Source: a virus
IMG/VR virus record: IMGVR_UViG_3300043411_001114
Location: 32,001 to 96,000 of that record
DNA: 64,000 nt
Reading direction: 5' to 3' (one strand)
Below the pieces are notes generated by a model. It did not search any database. It saw nothing but the letters and a program-made list of their open reading frames with translations, and was not told the DNA's origin. The position numbers and the translations under genes were made by a program. Below, one piece after another: positions 29,735-39,179 of the stretch. Every line of letters begins with the position of its first letter. The first letter of the stretch is position 1.

Positions 29735-30097
29735 ATGAAGGTTAAAGACGACCAGTCATGGTCCTTGCAGATGGCTGAGTTCTCCGCAGACGAGTCAAGC
29801 ATCAAGTTCCGGGATTTTCTGGTGTTGTGGGTGGATACCGCAGAGATGGTCATGCAGGACGGTAATGGCTCGAAGCACCCCCATGACAGTCTCAGCAAAG
29901 CATTCGAGGTAGCTGAGCAAAGTTTGGGGTATTTATCGGTGGAATGGCTGGGCCAGATGCTGCTGGTGATCGTCCAGCACTGGGTTAACGGCGATCGGGT
30001 GTGGGATGCCATGAGCGTGTGGGAGCGCAGGATGGTGGAGCAGGCCACCGCCCTGAAGCTGGTCGAACTGCAGGGTTCTGCGCAGATGGGCGAGTAG
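29735..30097 (+). CDS. Hypothetical protein
   Basis: 120-aa ORF ending just before a promoter. Confidence 0.6.
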   Translation: MKVKDDQSWSLQMAEFSADESSIKFRDFLVLWVDTAEMVMQDGNGSKHPHDSLSKAFEVAEQSLGYLSVEWLGQMLLVIVQHWVNGDRVWDAMSVWERRMVEQATALKLVELQGSAQMGE

Positions 30098-30110
30098 TCT
30101 CCACACCGGC

Positions 30111-30181
30111 TTGACTTTACTGTTTTTATAGCTCATACTAATAGAGCAAGCAGCCACCACCACCAACAAGGGAGTCACCAC
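30111..30181 (+). promoter_or_regulatory. SigA-type promoter with CAC-repeat leader
   Basis: TTGACT-17-CATACT, then CCACCACCACCA and AAGGGAG. Confidence 0.75.
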
Positions 30182-30898
30182 ATGACCGCCACCATCGCCA
30201 CCACCGACATCGCCACCATCCTGGCCAACGCGGAGGCCAACTACGTCAAGGCGATCCTGGCCAAGACCGAGGCCGAGGCGCTGGAGAACGTCAAGAAGTC
30301 CGGCTCGTCGGTCGCCCAGCGCAAGGCCTCCATCAACAAGGCCCTCGCCGAGGCGAACAAGCAGGCCATCGCGGCCCATGTCGCGGCGTTGAAGTCGATC
30401 CCGACCGAGGCCTCGGCCCTCGCCGCGATCGGTGACGAGGTCTCCGACAACGGCCTGACCACCGACCAGGCGGTCCTGGCGATGGAGCACGTCCTGCACA
30501 TCAAGGCGGCGAAGGACCTGATCGACGCCACCTACGAGGCGACCCGGGCGATGGTCTACCGCACGATGGACCTCGCCTTCGCCGACGAGGAGTTCCCCGA
30601 GCACACCAACGGGGTGATCGACGTCCCCGAGACCGGGAAGCGTTTCGCCCGCGAGGGTGCCGGTCGCAAGCCCGCCACCATCGACAACAAGGCCCTGGCC
30701 GACGCGATCGGTGCCGAGTTGTGGGACGAGATCAGCACCGAGCAGGTCACCGTCAAGCGTGTGATCGACGAGGAGAAGCTGGCGGCGGTGGTCGCCGACC
30801 ACCCCGAACTGCTGGAGGCCATCCGGGGCGCAGTCGTCCCGGGCGAGTGGAAGACCCCGCGCCTGATGGTGCGCAACATTCCCCCAACGAAGGAGTAG
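30182..30898 (+). CDS. Hypothetical helical protein
   Basis: Strong codon bias, promoter and RBS. Confidence 0.75.
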   Translation: MTATIATTDIATILANAEANYVKAILAKTEAEALENVKKSGSSVAQRKASINKALAEANKQAIAAHVAALKSIPTEASALAAIGDEVSDNGLTTDQAVLAMEHVLHIKAAKDLIDATYEATRAMVYRTMDLAFADEEFPEHTNGVIDVPETGKRFAREGAGRKPATIDNKALADAIGAELWDEISTEQVTVKRVIDEEKLAAVVADHPELLEAIRGAVVPGEWKTPRLMVRNIPPTKE

Positions 30899-30900
30899 TG

Positions 30901-31464
30901 ATGGAGCACGACCTCGATGTGATCGACGTCGTCCCGACCGGAAGCCCCGAGGTTGACCCTCGGGGCGTTTCGGTTGTGGAGCCGCTGGAGATTGACGAGA
31001 CCCCGGTGGAGAGGCCGGGCGGTGAGTTGATGGCCGATGCGGGACTGGAGTTGTCCTACTCAACCGACTCGGCGGCAGAGTTCTTCAACCGCTCGAACCA
31101 GTGGCTTTACTGGGGCCTGCGGGAGGGGGTGTTCACCTACGAGGACGGCACCACGATCGAGCCGATCCGCATCGGCCCCGATCAGCGCCGCCGATTCACC
31201 CTGGCGGTGATCAAAGAGATCATGAAGTGCTGCTACCGGCGCGGAAACTTCAGCAAGAACGACGTCGAGATCATCATGACCCGCATCAAGCTGGCCGAAA
31301 AGGGCGTCGAGTGGCGCGAGGTCGAGGGCTGGCGTTACGCCAAGACCGGCCGGTCGACCTGGCGGTGGGTTCCGCCCGACGAGGCGGTTCGAGACCAGTT
31401 CACCGGCGAGTGGGAGTGGGTCGGGAAGATCAAGCAGCGTCGGGGCAAGAAGCCGCGCCAGTGA
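30901..31464 (+). CDS. HTH (MerR/excisionase-like) DNA-binding protein
   Basis: YSTDSAAEFFNRSNQWLY...RIGPDQRRRFT; AAGGAG RBS. Confidence 0.7.
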   Translation: MEHDLDVIDVVPTGSPEVDPRGVSVVEPLEIDETPVERPGGELMADAGLELSYSTDSAAEFFNRSNQWLYWGLREGVFTYEDGTTIEPIRIGPDQRRRFTLAVIKEIMKCCYRRGNFSKNDVEIIMTRIKLAEKGVEWREVEGWRYAKTGRSTWRWVPPDEAVRDQFTGEWEWVGKIKQRRGKKPRQ

Positions 31465-32630
31465 CCAAGCCCGCCGACGCGATCAGATCGGTGATCGACG
31501 AGTCGCTTGCCGGTCAGCGCGACAACTTCCGTAAGGTTCTGGCGGCCCGATCCACCGACGAACCGCTGCCGGTGGCCCGCACCGAACTGCTGTACGTCTG
31601 GGATGCCTACGGCAATCAGTTCCTGGACTTCGGTGCCCTCAATGCGCCGATCGGCCACCTCTCCCCTGCGGTTCTGGGGCTGGTCAAAGACCAGATGCGG
31701 TACGCGATCACCGGACCCGAGCAGGGATCCTCCCTCGACCGGTGGCCGATACAGTACGCCGCCGACCTGGCGTCCTCGTTCGCCGGACTCTGGGGCGGTG
31801 CCGGGGTGCAGGTGCTGTTCTGTGAGGGTCAGCACGATGCGGTCTCGACCGCCGCCAGGATGGTGTGGTCCAGCGACCGGACCCGGCTCACGGTGCTCTC
31901 ATCCGGGCTGCACGACTGGCTCTCTCCGGCCCTGGGGAGGGTGAACCACCGCAGCCCGCTGGAGGTGCCACACATCGGGGGCTGGACGGGCGGGCTGCTG
32001 GTGTCTCCGGTGACGACGTCGGGACACGACATTCCGGCGCTGGGGGAGTGGATCAGCACCGCCCGAAAGGCCGCCGTCCCGGTGATCGTCGACGAGACCC
32101 TGTCCGGGTTCGGACGTCTCGGCGGCTCGATGTGGTCGCGGTGGGCCGAGTTCGCCGACGCGGTGATCCTCGGCGGCCCGGTCGGTGCCGGTCTGCCGCT
32201 GGGGGCGATCGTGGCCCGCCGTTCGTTTTTCACCGACCGGCCGGGAACCGTCTCGCCCGGCCCCCATGCCGGTTCGCCGGTCTCCTGCGCGGCAGGTTCG
32301 GGCCAGTGGGCGGCGATCACCCCCGACCTGCTCGACAATGTCGTGTCCTCGGGCGAGGCTATGTCTAGCGCGCTAGACGAACTGGTGAACCAGTTCCCTG
32401 ATCTGGTGTCCGGTCACCACGGGCAGGGCCTGTACCGCGCCCTGAGGTTCCAGAACCCGATCCCCGACTTCCACCTCCACGCCCGCCGTCACGGCCTCCT
32501 GCTGGCCCCCACAGACACCGATACGGCGATCCTGGCACCACCGCTGGTGATCTCCTCGCTGGAGGCCCGCCGTGGGGTGGATATGCTGGCCGACACCTTG
32601 TTGTCGCTGGACGGTGCCGGTCTGCGCTGA
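31461..32630 (+). CDS. Class-III aminotransferase-like protein (PLP lysine apparently absent)
   Basis: YVWDAYGNQFLDF, IGH, IVDETLSGFGRLG, GLPLGA; GTGA overlap start. Confidence 0.8.
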   Translation: MTKPADAIRSVIDESLAGQRDNFRKVLAARSTDEPLPVARTELLYVWDAYGNQFLDFGALNAPIGHLSPAVLGLVKDQMRYAITGPEQGSSLDRWPIQYAADLASSFAGLWGGAGVQVLFCEGQHDAVSTAARMVWSSDRTRLTVLSSGLHDWLSPALGRVNHRSPLEVPHIGGWTGGLLVSPVTTSGHDIPALGEWISTARKAAVPVIVDETLSGFGRLGGSMWSRWAEFADAVILGGPVGAGLPLGAIVARRSFFTDRPGTVSPGPHAGSPVSCAAGSGQWAAITPDLLDNVVSSGEAMSSALDELVNQFPDLVSGHHGQGLYRALRFQNPIPDFHLHARRHGLLLAPTDTDTAILAPPLVISSLEARRGVDMLADTLLSLDGAGLR

Positions 32631-32702
32631 CCAGGTGAAACTTCTGCCGAGAGACCAGAACCAGTGACAGTAGTGACGGCCTATCAGTGCAAGGCGAGGG
32701 GC

Positions 32703-33071
32703 ATGGCGACCCGCATCGAAATAGGTCTCCCGCGAGACCAAATAATGCAAAAATACCTGGTCAGGCGCATCTTCAGGGAGGTCGAGTTTCGGGTCACCGA
32801 GTCGACCGGTGACGTCGTCGTGGGGTACATCACCGGCTTCGACGACCGGTGCCTGCAGATGTCGACCTCCCCGGCGCACGTCGGGGATGAACCCCGGTCG
32901 GTTCTGATATTCTGGCCCGTCTCGCGCATCGAGGAGACCGGCCGCCGGGTCGATGACCTCGACCACGAGCACCGGTCGAAGATTCGCAGCTACTCGCACG
33001 CCCTCAAACTCCAGTGCGAGAGTTTCCTGACCAACAGGGGCCAGGGCAACCGCCCCCGGGATGGGGTCTGA
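32703..33071 (+). CDS. Putative Sm/Hfq-like fold protein
   Basis: YL.......V.F.V...TG..VVGYITGFDD has Sm1-motif spacing; likely start ATG 32703. Confidence 0.5.
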   Translation: MATRIEIGLPRDQIMQKYLVRRIFREVEFRVTESTGDVVVGYITGFDDRCLQMSTSPAHVGDEPRSVLIFWPVSRIEETGRRVDDLDHEHRSKIRSYSHALKLQCESFLTNRGQGNRPRDGV

Positions 33072-33098
33072 CACGACCCCGAGGCCCGCTGAGTCCCG

Positions 33099-33107
33099 TG
33101 CTACAAT
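33099..33107 (+). promoter_or_regulatory. Extended -10 promoter of the replication operon
   Basis: TGcTACAAT in the intergenic gap. Confidence 0.5.
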
Positions 33108-33150
33108 AAGTGTCTAATTAGGGATTCGAGCAAAGGGATGGGGTGGTGGT

Positions 33151-33534
33151 GTGTTCTCCGACATGGACCCTCTGGAAGAGGATATGGGCGTCCGGGTAGA
33201 AAACATGACCGTCGACCAGATCATCGCCTACGTCAAGGCCTACCACGCCGCCTTCGGGTTCACTGTCCGCATCGACGGCCAGCCCGAGCGGGCCATCTTC
33301 CGGTCCCTGCAGCGGGTGTACGGGCAGGCTGACGCGGGGCGGATTGTGAAGTGGGTGTTCTACAAATACCGGGGCCACTACAACGACGAGTTCATCGGCC
33401 CGATGGCCTTCTCCAAGGGTCGCAAATGGTTCACCGACAAGATGCACTTGGAGATGCAGCAAGCCATGAAAGAGCAAAAGCCCAGGTCGTACGCCCCCAA
33501 GGGGCTGGGTGTGCGGAGCCTGATCGACCTGTGA
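33151..33534 (+). CDS. Hypothetical protein (possible replication initiator partner)
   Basis: Coupled by GTGA overlap to the DnaC-like gene. Confidence 0.6.
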   Translation: MFSDMDPLEEDMGVRVENMTVDQIIAYVKAYHAAFGFTVRIDGQPERAIFRSLQRVYGQADAGRIVKWVFYKYRGHYNDEFIGPMAFSKGRKWFTDKMHLEMQQAMKEQKPRSYAPKGLGVRSLIDL

Positions 33535-34319
33535 GAGACATCCGCACCCGGTATCTTCCTGACGACGAGTCGTCCCGGCTGTACCGCAACCATCCCCACA
33601 TCGGCCGCTCCTACCTGGAGTACTGCCCGACCTGCAACGCTACCGGCACCTACCGCTGGCGCGGCAAGGAGCACTCCTGCGACTGCGAGGAGCAACTGCA
33701 GTTGCACAAGTGGTATCTGGCGTCCGGGATCGGGGTCACCTACCAGCGGCTCGACTTCGACGACTACCAGGGTCCCACCGACGTCCTCGACGGGGTGGTG
33801 AAATACCTGGAGCGTCGAGAGGACTTCCTTGCCCGGGGGATGGGAATGTTTCTCGTTGGGAGCTATGGAACTGGTAAAACGATGCTGGCCAATCTGGTGC
33901 TGAAGGAGATGGTGAAGGACGGCCATACCTGCTTCGCCACCACCTTTTCTCAGACCGTCGAGATGTTCACCGCCGGATGGAGCGACAAGGTCGAGAAGGA
34001 GTATTTCCAGCGCAAGTTCATCGGCTCCCGAGTCCTGTTGCTCGACGACCTCGGCCGCGAACTGCGGGGCACCAAACTGGCTTTGGCCGAGACCACCTTC
34101 GATGCGATCCTGCGGCAGCGGGTCCAGGCCGGGAGGGCCACCATCATCACCACCAACATGGAACCCGAGGAACTCGGCGACGGGTACGGGGCGGCGATCC
34201 TCAGCCTGATCCGGGAGAAGAGCCTGCAACTGGTGTTCGGTGGCTCCGACTTCCGCATCGAGGCCAACAGCCGCGAGGTCGACGAGATCATGGCCGGAGA
34301 GACCAGGCCGATCGTATGA
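33531..34319 (+). CDS. dnaC: DnaC/IstB-like helicase loader
   Basis: CxxC..CxC Zn site, GSYGTGKT, LLLDDLGRE, IITTN. Confidence 0.9.
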   Translation: MRDIRTRYLPDDESSRLYRNHPHIGRSYLEYCPTCNATGTYRWRGKEHSCDCEEQLQLHKWYLASGIGVTYQRLDFDDYQGPTDVLDGVVKYLERREDFLARGMGMFLVGSYGTGKTMLANLVLKEMVKDGHTCFATTFSQTVEMFTAGWSDKVEKEYFQRKFIGSRVLLLDDLGRELRGTKLALAETTFDAILRQRVQAGRATIITTNMEPEELGDGYGAAILSLIREKSLQLVFGGSDFRIEANSREVDEIMAGETRPIV

Positions 34320-35587
34320 CCGTCTCGATCGAGCGCAAGGTTCTCTCGCTGATGACCACCCAGTCCGGGATTTCCCGGGTCTGGGATATGGGTCTGCGGG
34401 CCGAGGTGTTCGACGACCCGATGAACCGGTTCGTCTTCACCTTCATGGTCGACTACTGGATCGACGCCCAGATGCGTCAGCCACCCACCTGGGTGGTTAT
34501 GGAGGCCGAGTACCCCCAGGTGGTGCTGGAAGACCCGGATTCTATTGAGGAGTCGCTCGACTGGTTGGTGTCGTGGCTGCAGAAACGGTATGCCTCGGTC
34601 CAGGTGCAGGATCTGTTGCGTCAGGCCGCCAAGACCTGCAACGCCGACCCGTCGGCGACCGTGGAGCGGTTGTGGCACGACGCCTACGATGCGGCTCAGG
34701 TCAACGCCCCCCGATACAGCCGGGTCGACGTCACCAAGAACGTCGCCGCCCGCCGGGAGCGGTACAACCGCGACCTGCAGGATCAGACCCGGGCCGGGGT
34801 TTCTATCGGGTTGACCGAACTCGATGACCACACCCGGGGCATTCTGCCGGGGGAACTCGCCGCCGTCGCCGCCTACACCAAGACAGGCAAGTCGTGGCTG
34901 CTGGCCAACGCCTTCGTCGCGGCGCTCAACAACGGACTGAGGCCGATGTTCTTCACCCTGGAGATGGGTGTCCCCGAGATTGAGGACCGGATCGACGCCA
35001 TCTACTCCGGGGTCAGCTACCAGCGCTTCTCGCAGCGCCGGATGCTTCCGGCCGAGATGATCACCATGCGGGAGGCCCAGAACCGGATGGAGGGCCAGCA
35101 CGCCGGTTTCATCGAACGGCCCGACCGGGGCGAGCGGACGGTCAAGCACATGGTCTCCCGCGCCCGGCAGGAGGGTGCCGACCTGCTCATCATCGACCAG
35201 CTGTCGTTCATCGACGCCGAGCGCGAGTACGGCGGCGACTCTGCGCTGAGAATGAAGCACGGCGACATCATCTTCGGACTCAAGGACGAGATTGCCCGCG
35301 AGTCGGCCGGGAAGATACCCTGCCTGCTGGCCGTGCAGTTGAATCGTCAGTCCGCCGCTTCTGGCGGACGGGGGGAGCTGTATCACTTCGCCAACTCGTC
35401 GATGGTCGAGCAGACCGTCGACCTGGCTCTGGGACTGCGGCGCAACAATGAGATGCGCGACAACAACGCGATGATCCTCGACATCATGGGCAGCCGCCGC
35501 TGCGACACCAAGAGCTGGACTTTGGCCTGGCACCTCACCGACCGAACCGAGATCAGAATCCGAGAGGAATATGTCGACAACACCTGA
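34316..35587 (+). CDS. dnaB: DnaB-like replicative helicase
   Basis: AYTKTGKS, FTLEM, IIDQL, QLNR. Confidence 0.92.
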   Translation: MTVSIERKVLSLMTTQSGISRVWDMGLRAEVFDDPMNRFVFTFMVDYWIDAQMRQPPTWVVMEAEYPQVVLEDPDSIEESLDWLVSWLQKRYASVQVQDLLRQAAKTCNADPSATVERLWHDAYDAAQVNAPRYSRVDVTKNVAARRERYNRDLQDQTRAGVSIGLTELDDHTRGILPGELAAVAAYTKTGKSWLLANAFVAALNNGLRPMFFTLEMGVPEIEDRIDAIYSGVSYQRFSQRRMLPAEMITMREAQNRMEGQHAGFIERPDRGERTVKHMVSRARQEGADLLIIDQLSFIDAEREYGGDSALRMKHGDIIFGLKDEIARESAGKIPCLLAVQLNRQSAASGGRGELYHFANSSMVEQTVDLALGLRRNNEMRDNNAMILDIMGSRRCDTKSWTLAWHLTDRTEIRIREEYVDNT

Positions 35588-35714
35588 CAGCGGTGACACC
35601 GCTCACGTTCACACCTGGACCACCGACCGCCAACCCTGCTCGTGCGGGGAGCCGGTGCCGTCCTGGCTGATCGCGGCCTGGGACAGGTACGCCGAGAGGA
35701 CGAGGAAGACATGA
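35571..35714 (+). CDS. Small hypothetical protein (47 aa, HxH...CxC)
   Basis: GAGAGG RBS; ATGA overlap with the next gene. Confidence 0.45.
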   Translation: MSTTPDSGDTAHVHTWTTDRQPCSCGEPVPSWLIAAWDRYAERTRKT

Positions 35715-35971
35715 GGGTGTGGGTCGATGCCAGCCGCGAGCCGGAGGTCGACTGGGCCTGGTCGAAGATGCCGGTCAGCGCCATCCGCATGCTTGCCGGA
35801 GGGTGTGTCGAGAAGATCAGCCTCGCCCCCGACCAGCCGGAACTGACAGACCCGGTAGCCGAGTGGATAAGTTCCCATGATGTTCGTCCCGTCACGACAA
35901 CCCACGGAACCACCGATGGCGTCCGGTTCCCGCGTGGGCTGCTGACGGTCAAGGTCAGGGCGGTCTTGTGA
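35711..35971 (+). CDS. Degenerate receiver-like domain protein
   Basis: MRVWVD..R.P...W......AI.ML....VEKISL.PD pattern. Confidence 0.45.
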   Translation: MRVWVDASREPEVDWAWSKMPVSAIRMLAGGCVEKISLAPDQPELTDPVAEWISSHDVRPVTTTHGTTDGVRFPRGLLTVKVRAVL

Positions 35972-37017
35972 AAAAGGCCCTCCCCAAACTCGACGCCTAC
36001 AGCCGGTACAACGAGTTCCGCCGCCGCCTGGATGCCCGGGCGGTGCTCGACCACTACGGGATCGAGAACGAGCGCGACGAGCAGGGCAAGGATGACACCA
36101 CCGAGGTGATTCACTCGTGCCTGCTCGACCGGGTGGAGCCGCACCACAATAACAATGACCAGAATCCCAGCGCATCCTGTAATTTGGAGAAAAAACTTTA
36201 CGTTTGCCATGCCTACTGGGGCGGCGACCTTTTTCATCTGATCCAGAAGATGGAGAACAAAAACTCCTTCGAGGACATCGTCCCGTTCCTGTCGGGCTTC
36301 CTCGAAGGCAGTCAGGTCGAGCCGGATCGGTTCGCCGACGAGTTGGAGAAACTGCTCGCCGCCCCGGGTGGGTATTCGATCGAACTGCCGTCCTACGCCG
36401 ATCGGGTGCTGGCACCGTGGGCCGTCGTGCACCCCTACCTGCACGAGCGGGGTGTCGACAGCGAGACCGCGAGCCGACTCCAGGTCGGGTGGCGCGAGAA
36501 CGACAACCGGATCACCATCCCGCACTTCTGGGAGGGCAAACTGGTCGGCTGGCAGGCCCGCGCCGTGCCCGATCGCCCCGGGCTGTGGCCGGGAACCGCC
36601 GACCCGATGCCGAAATACCGGTCGACCCCCGGCTTCCCGAAGTCGACCACCCTCTACTATGACCATTCCCGGCCCTTCCCCCGGCCCGGCTCGACGGTGG
36701 TGGTGGTCGAGTCTCCGTTCTCGGTCATCAAGGCGACCGCGTTGGGTCTCGATATTCCGGTTCTGGCCACCTTCGGTGCCAAGGTGTCGACCCTCCAGAC
36801 CACCATGCTGGCCGACTTCGGTGAGGTCATCCTCTGGCCCGACCCCGACGCCGCCGGTCAGGTGATGGAACAGGTCGTCACTCAGCGACTGCGCCACCCG
36901 GGGCTGCGGATCGTCACCCCCGACCCGGGCAAGGACCTTGCCGACTACGACTCGCTGAGTAAGGTCGTCCAGAAGATCGGCGACGCCGAACCGGCGCTGC
37001 TGAAGTCGCTCGGATAG
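35968..37017 (+). CDS. dnaG: DNA primase (Zn-finger + TOPRIM)
   Basis: N-terminal C/H Zn site with NPS; RITIP..GWQAR; VVES; DPDAAG; KD. Confidence 0.9.
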   Translation: MKKALPKLDAYSRYNEFRRRLDARAVLDHYGIENERDEQGKDDTTEVIHSCLLDRVEPHHNNNDQNPSASCNLEKKLYVCHAYWGGDLFHLIQKMENKNSFEDIVPFLSGFLEGSQVEPDRFADELEKLLAAPGGYSIELPSYADRVLAPWAVVHPYLHERGVDSETASRLQVGWRENDNRITIPHFWEGKLVGWQARAVPDRPGLWPGTADPMPKYRSTPGFPKSTTLYYDHSRPFPRPGSTVVVVESPFSVIKATALGLDIPVLATFGAKVSTLQTTMLADFGEVILWPDPDAAGQVMEQVVTQRLRHPGLRIVTPDPGKDLADYDSLSKVVQKIGDAEPALLKSLG

Positions 37018-37027
37018 AAAGGTTCTC

Positions 37028-37267
37028 ATGGGCAAGAACAAGAACACCATCAGGAAACTGCCGACCGGTGAGAAGGTCGTGCACGCCCCCGACGAGAAGC
37101 TGACCCTGGTTTCCCCCAACCGGATGCTGCAGCTGCTCAACGCCACCTCCGGTGACCTCCAGGAGGCCGAACAGCAGCGCCAGGATCGCCTTCTGGAGGC
37201 GATCGTCACCAAGCGGGCGGCCCAGGACACCGGCGACGCGGTTCCTGCCGACAAGCGCCCTGTCTGA
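37028..37267 (+). CDS. Hypothetical protein
   Basis: AAAGG RBS, codon bias. Confidence 0.6.
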   Translation: MGKNKNTIRKLPTGEKVVHAPDEKLTLVSPNRMLQLLNATSGDLQEAEQQRQDRLLEAIVTKRAAQDTGDAVPADKRPV

Positions 37268-37937
37268 GGTTTACGACTCCCGCCTCGATCCGGAGCCGGG
37301 GGCCGGTTTCCCCTCCTGCTCGGTGGCCCTGTGTCGATTACCCCGCAACCGCCGCGACCCGCACGGCTACTACGCCGAGATCGGCGTCCCTCCGTGGGCG
37401 TCCCCGGCCGAGATTCGCCGCGCCGTCCGGGGGCTGTACCGGGAACTGCACCCCGACACCGGGTCGAGGCCCGACACCAACCGCCTGCAGCGGGTCAAGC
37501 TCATCGCCGAGGTACTCCTCGACCCGGTGACCCGCCACCATTACGACACCACACCGCCCGGCCGCAGGCTCCTGGACAAGGTCTACCGGGCCGAACTCGG
37601 TGCCGTGGAGGAACTCGGGGACTTGAGTGCCGAGGAACTCGACCAGGTGCTTGCACCGGTCCCCACCGCACCCTCCCGACCGGACTGGTACGACTACCTC
37701 AGCGTGGGGCGGCACCCGGACGATCGAGACAAGGTGCAGGGGTGGTACCGGTGCCTCACCGGTGTCGCGCCCCTGGTTGGCTACCGGTCACGGATCGTCG
37801 TCCTGATCCATGACGGCCCGGCCTTCTACCACCCCAGGACGTCGACCCTGGCGATTCCGCGATCCTGGGAGCCGTCGACAGCCCTGGCTCTGGGGCTTTT
37901 TGTTGCTGAGGTTGGTGCCTCACCCCACATGGTGTAG
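37152..37937 (+). CDS. DnaJ (J-domain) protein; true start probably further downstream
   Basis: YYAEIGV...EIRRA.R.L....HPD...EVLLDP..R..YD. Confidence 0.8.
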   Translation: MTSRRPNSSARIAFWRRSSPSGRPRTPATRFLPTSALSEVYDSRLDPEPGAGFPSCSVALCRLPRNRRDPHGYYAEIGVPPWASPAEIRRAVRGLYRELHPDTGSRPDTNRLQRVKLIAEVLLDPVTRHHYDTTPPGRRLLDKVYRAELGAVEELGDLSAEELDQVLAPVPTAPSRPDWYDYLSVGRHPDDRDKVQGWYRCLTGVAPLVGYRSRIVVLIHDGPAFYHPRTSTLAIPRSWEPSTALALGLFVAEVGASPHMV

Positions 37938-38004
37938 TATCGGTAACAACCGGCATGTGATTCGGTTCAGGTTTATCCTGCTTAACAACAAGAAAGAATG
38001 TGTG

Positions 38005-38943
38005 ATGAGAACTGGTTTGGGTGCTATAGAGAAGGCACTGCAGAACACCGGCGGCGGCTCCGGTGGAGGTCCGAAGGGTCGGTATCTGACCTACTTCGGT
38101 CTCAAGGACGGCGAGTCCAAGGTCGTCCGGTTCCTGACCGACATCGGCGACCTGATCGCCTGCGATTTCTACGAGTTCGTCCGCGACAAGAACGGGAAGT
38201 TCCAGACCTTCGTCGTCCCGGCCTCGCTGCACACCGAGGACCCGTCCTGGTCGGGCGAGGACTGGGTCATCAAGTTCGGTGGCAAGACCACCGACTACAA
38301 CACCAAGGCGCTGGTCGATCCCACCGCCAAGGAGCGCATCGTCGGTCTGGCCGTCGAGCGCGAGGAGTTCCCGATGGACGTCGGCGGTCGCCGGGTCATG
38401 CGGACCCAGGACAAGCTCGATTCCTTCGAGTCCCGCGAGGGCAAGAAGTTCCCGACCCGGAACTTCATGGTCGTCAAGCAGAACGCCAAGTTCTGGAACA
38501 GCCTCAAGGCGTACTACGACGAGTACGGCACCATCTGCGACCGTGACTACAAGATCACCCGCAACGGCACCGGTTTCGACATCTCCTACTCGATCATCGC
38601 CAAGCCCCAGGACGAGGGGTGGAACCTCGACGGTTCCTCGCTGGCCTCCCTGCGGCAGCGTTACGGGTACGGCACCGGCACCGACATGGACGGCAACGAG
38701 TTGACCTCCGAGTCCGAGGACCGGTTCCTGTACTGCTCTCAGACCCTGACCGAATGGGTCGAGAACGCCGCCTCCGAGGAACGCGCCCGGTCGGCACTGG
38801 TCGCCGACGTGATCGACTCCCCTGCCTCGGAGGCACCGTCCTGGGCGACCTCGGCTCCGGACGAGCCGCAGGCTCAGGTGGCTCCACCGGCGGCCTCGCC
38901 GGACACCTCGTCGCTGCGCGCCCGCCTGGAACGTCACCGCTAG
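38005..38943 (+). CDS. ssb: Single-stranded DNA-binding protein
   Basis: LKDGESKVVRFL, DRDYKITRNG..FDISY; acidic/Pro-rich tail; sits between primase and polymerase. Confidence 0.75.
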   Translation: MRTGLGAIEKALQNTGGGSGGGPKGRYLTYFGLKDGESKVVRFLTDIGDLIACDFYEFVRDKNGKFQTFVVPASLHTEDPSWSGEDWVIKFGGKTTDYNTKALVDPTAKERIVGLAVEREEFPMDVGGRRVMRTQDKLDSFESREGKKFPTRNFMVVKQNAKFWNSLKAYYDEYGTICDRDYKITRNGTGFDISYSIIAKPQDEGWNLDGSSLASLRQRYGYGTGTDMDGNELTSESEDRFLYCSQTLTEWVENAASEERARSALVADVIDSPASEAPSWATSAPDEPQAQVAPPAASPDTSSLRARLERHR

Positions 38944-39179
38944 GGTGATCCTAGACCCCTCACTCCGGTAGGCCTACGGGCCGACCCCATCGGAGACCCG
39001 GACGTTTGAGGACGCCGGTACGGGGCCGACCTCCGCTCGATATGGGGATAGCGAGCGGGGGTGCGGAAGGGCACCAGGAGGTCAATTGACCATCAGCCAG
39101 TCCCAGCCTCCTGGTGCTCTCCCCCACCCCGGATCATTCCCACTAAACACCACCACACCGACAGGCGGGCCTTTTCCGA

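Noticed and set aside
31101-31460. N-terminal extensions given by the ORF track (also 33351, 33977, 37810, 41292, 44335, 55313, 61949)
   Set aside because: They overlap upstream genes. Internal starts with RBS or ATGA/GTGA coupling fit better.
38944-39085. Self-cleaving ribozyme (hammerhead or HDV-like)
   Set aside because: No CUGANGA/GAAA core or convincing HDV nested pseudoknot could be built by eye.
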